Origin: Chiloscyllium plagiosum
Taxonomy: Eukaryota
Assembly: GCF_004010195.1 (NCBI RefSeq)
Contig: NC_057751.1
Span: 13,404,711 to 13,468,710, forward strand
DNA: 64,000 nucleotides
Direction: 5' to 3'
The notes under the pieces were generated by a model, which had not been told where the DNA came from, ran no database searches, and saw nothing but the letters and a program-made list of their open reading frames with translations. How positions within the stretch are numbered: position 1 is the stretch's first letter; every line of letters starts with the position of its first letter. Positions 63,490 to 64,000 of this stretch are shown here, piece by piece. Position numbers and translations under genes: made by a program.

Positions 63490-64000
63490 CACTCATGGGA
63501 CATAGACATCACTGGCTGACCAGTATTTATTGCCCATCCTTAGCTGCCCTTGAGAAGATTGTGATGAGTTGCTTTCTTGAACTCTGCAGTCCATGTGTGG
63601 AAGGTAGACCCTCAGTGAGGGAATTCCAGGATTTTGATCAAGCGACAGTGAAGGAACAGTTATATGTTTCCAAATCAAGATGGTGAATGGCTTGGAGGAG
63701 AACTTGCAGGGGTGGTGTTCATATGTATATGCTGCCTTTGTCTTTTCAGGTGGAAGTAGTCAGAGGTTTGGAAGGGGCTGTCTTGAGGATATTTGGTGAA
63801 TTTCTGCATTTTGTCAATTGGACACACTGCTGCTACTGAGCTACTTCAGTGGTGAAGGGAATGGATGCTTGTGGGTGTGGTGCCAATCAAGCAGGTTGCT
63901 CTGTCCTGGATGGTGCCGTGTTCCTTGACTGTTACATAGTGCTATATGGTCCAAGCAAATGCGGATTATTCCATCACACCACTGACTTTAGCCTTGGAGA
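63490..64000 (-). mobile_element. Old CR1/L2-type LINE 3' end
   Basis: IWKHITVPSLSLDQNPGIPSL on the minus strand; GATGGGCAATAAAT tail motif also seen at about 19105. Confidence 0.65.

Overview
Repeat-dense vertebrate DNA from a cartilaginous fish, most likely a shark; this is inferred from the HE1-type tRNA SINEs and the CR1/HER1-type LINEs. It is probably intronic or intergenic, and I recognise no intact protein-coding gene. Almost all ORFs in the supplied track are decayed transposon fragments. Contents: (1) an intronless, internally deleted RBPMS2-like processed pseudogene at about 1.3-1.6 kb; (2) many CR1 LINE fragments, SINEs, solo LTRs with 4-bp TSDs, a Gypsy 5' fragment, a decayed Copia-type gag-PR-IN remnant, an RTE remnant, a Harbinger Myb-like remnant and a Tigger/pogo-like end; (3) several Penelope-like element (PLE) families whose terminal repeats carry minimal hammerhead ribozyme motifs. 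These PLEs repeatedly inserted as fold-back (inverted) units bounded by 11-16 bp TSDs, including a perfect palindrome with 93-bp arms at 27887-28073. A CpG-retaining unique region at 10-12 kb and a few isolated splice-site pairs hint at an unidentified host transcript, but this is weak. Many repeat boundaries were estimated by eye.
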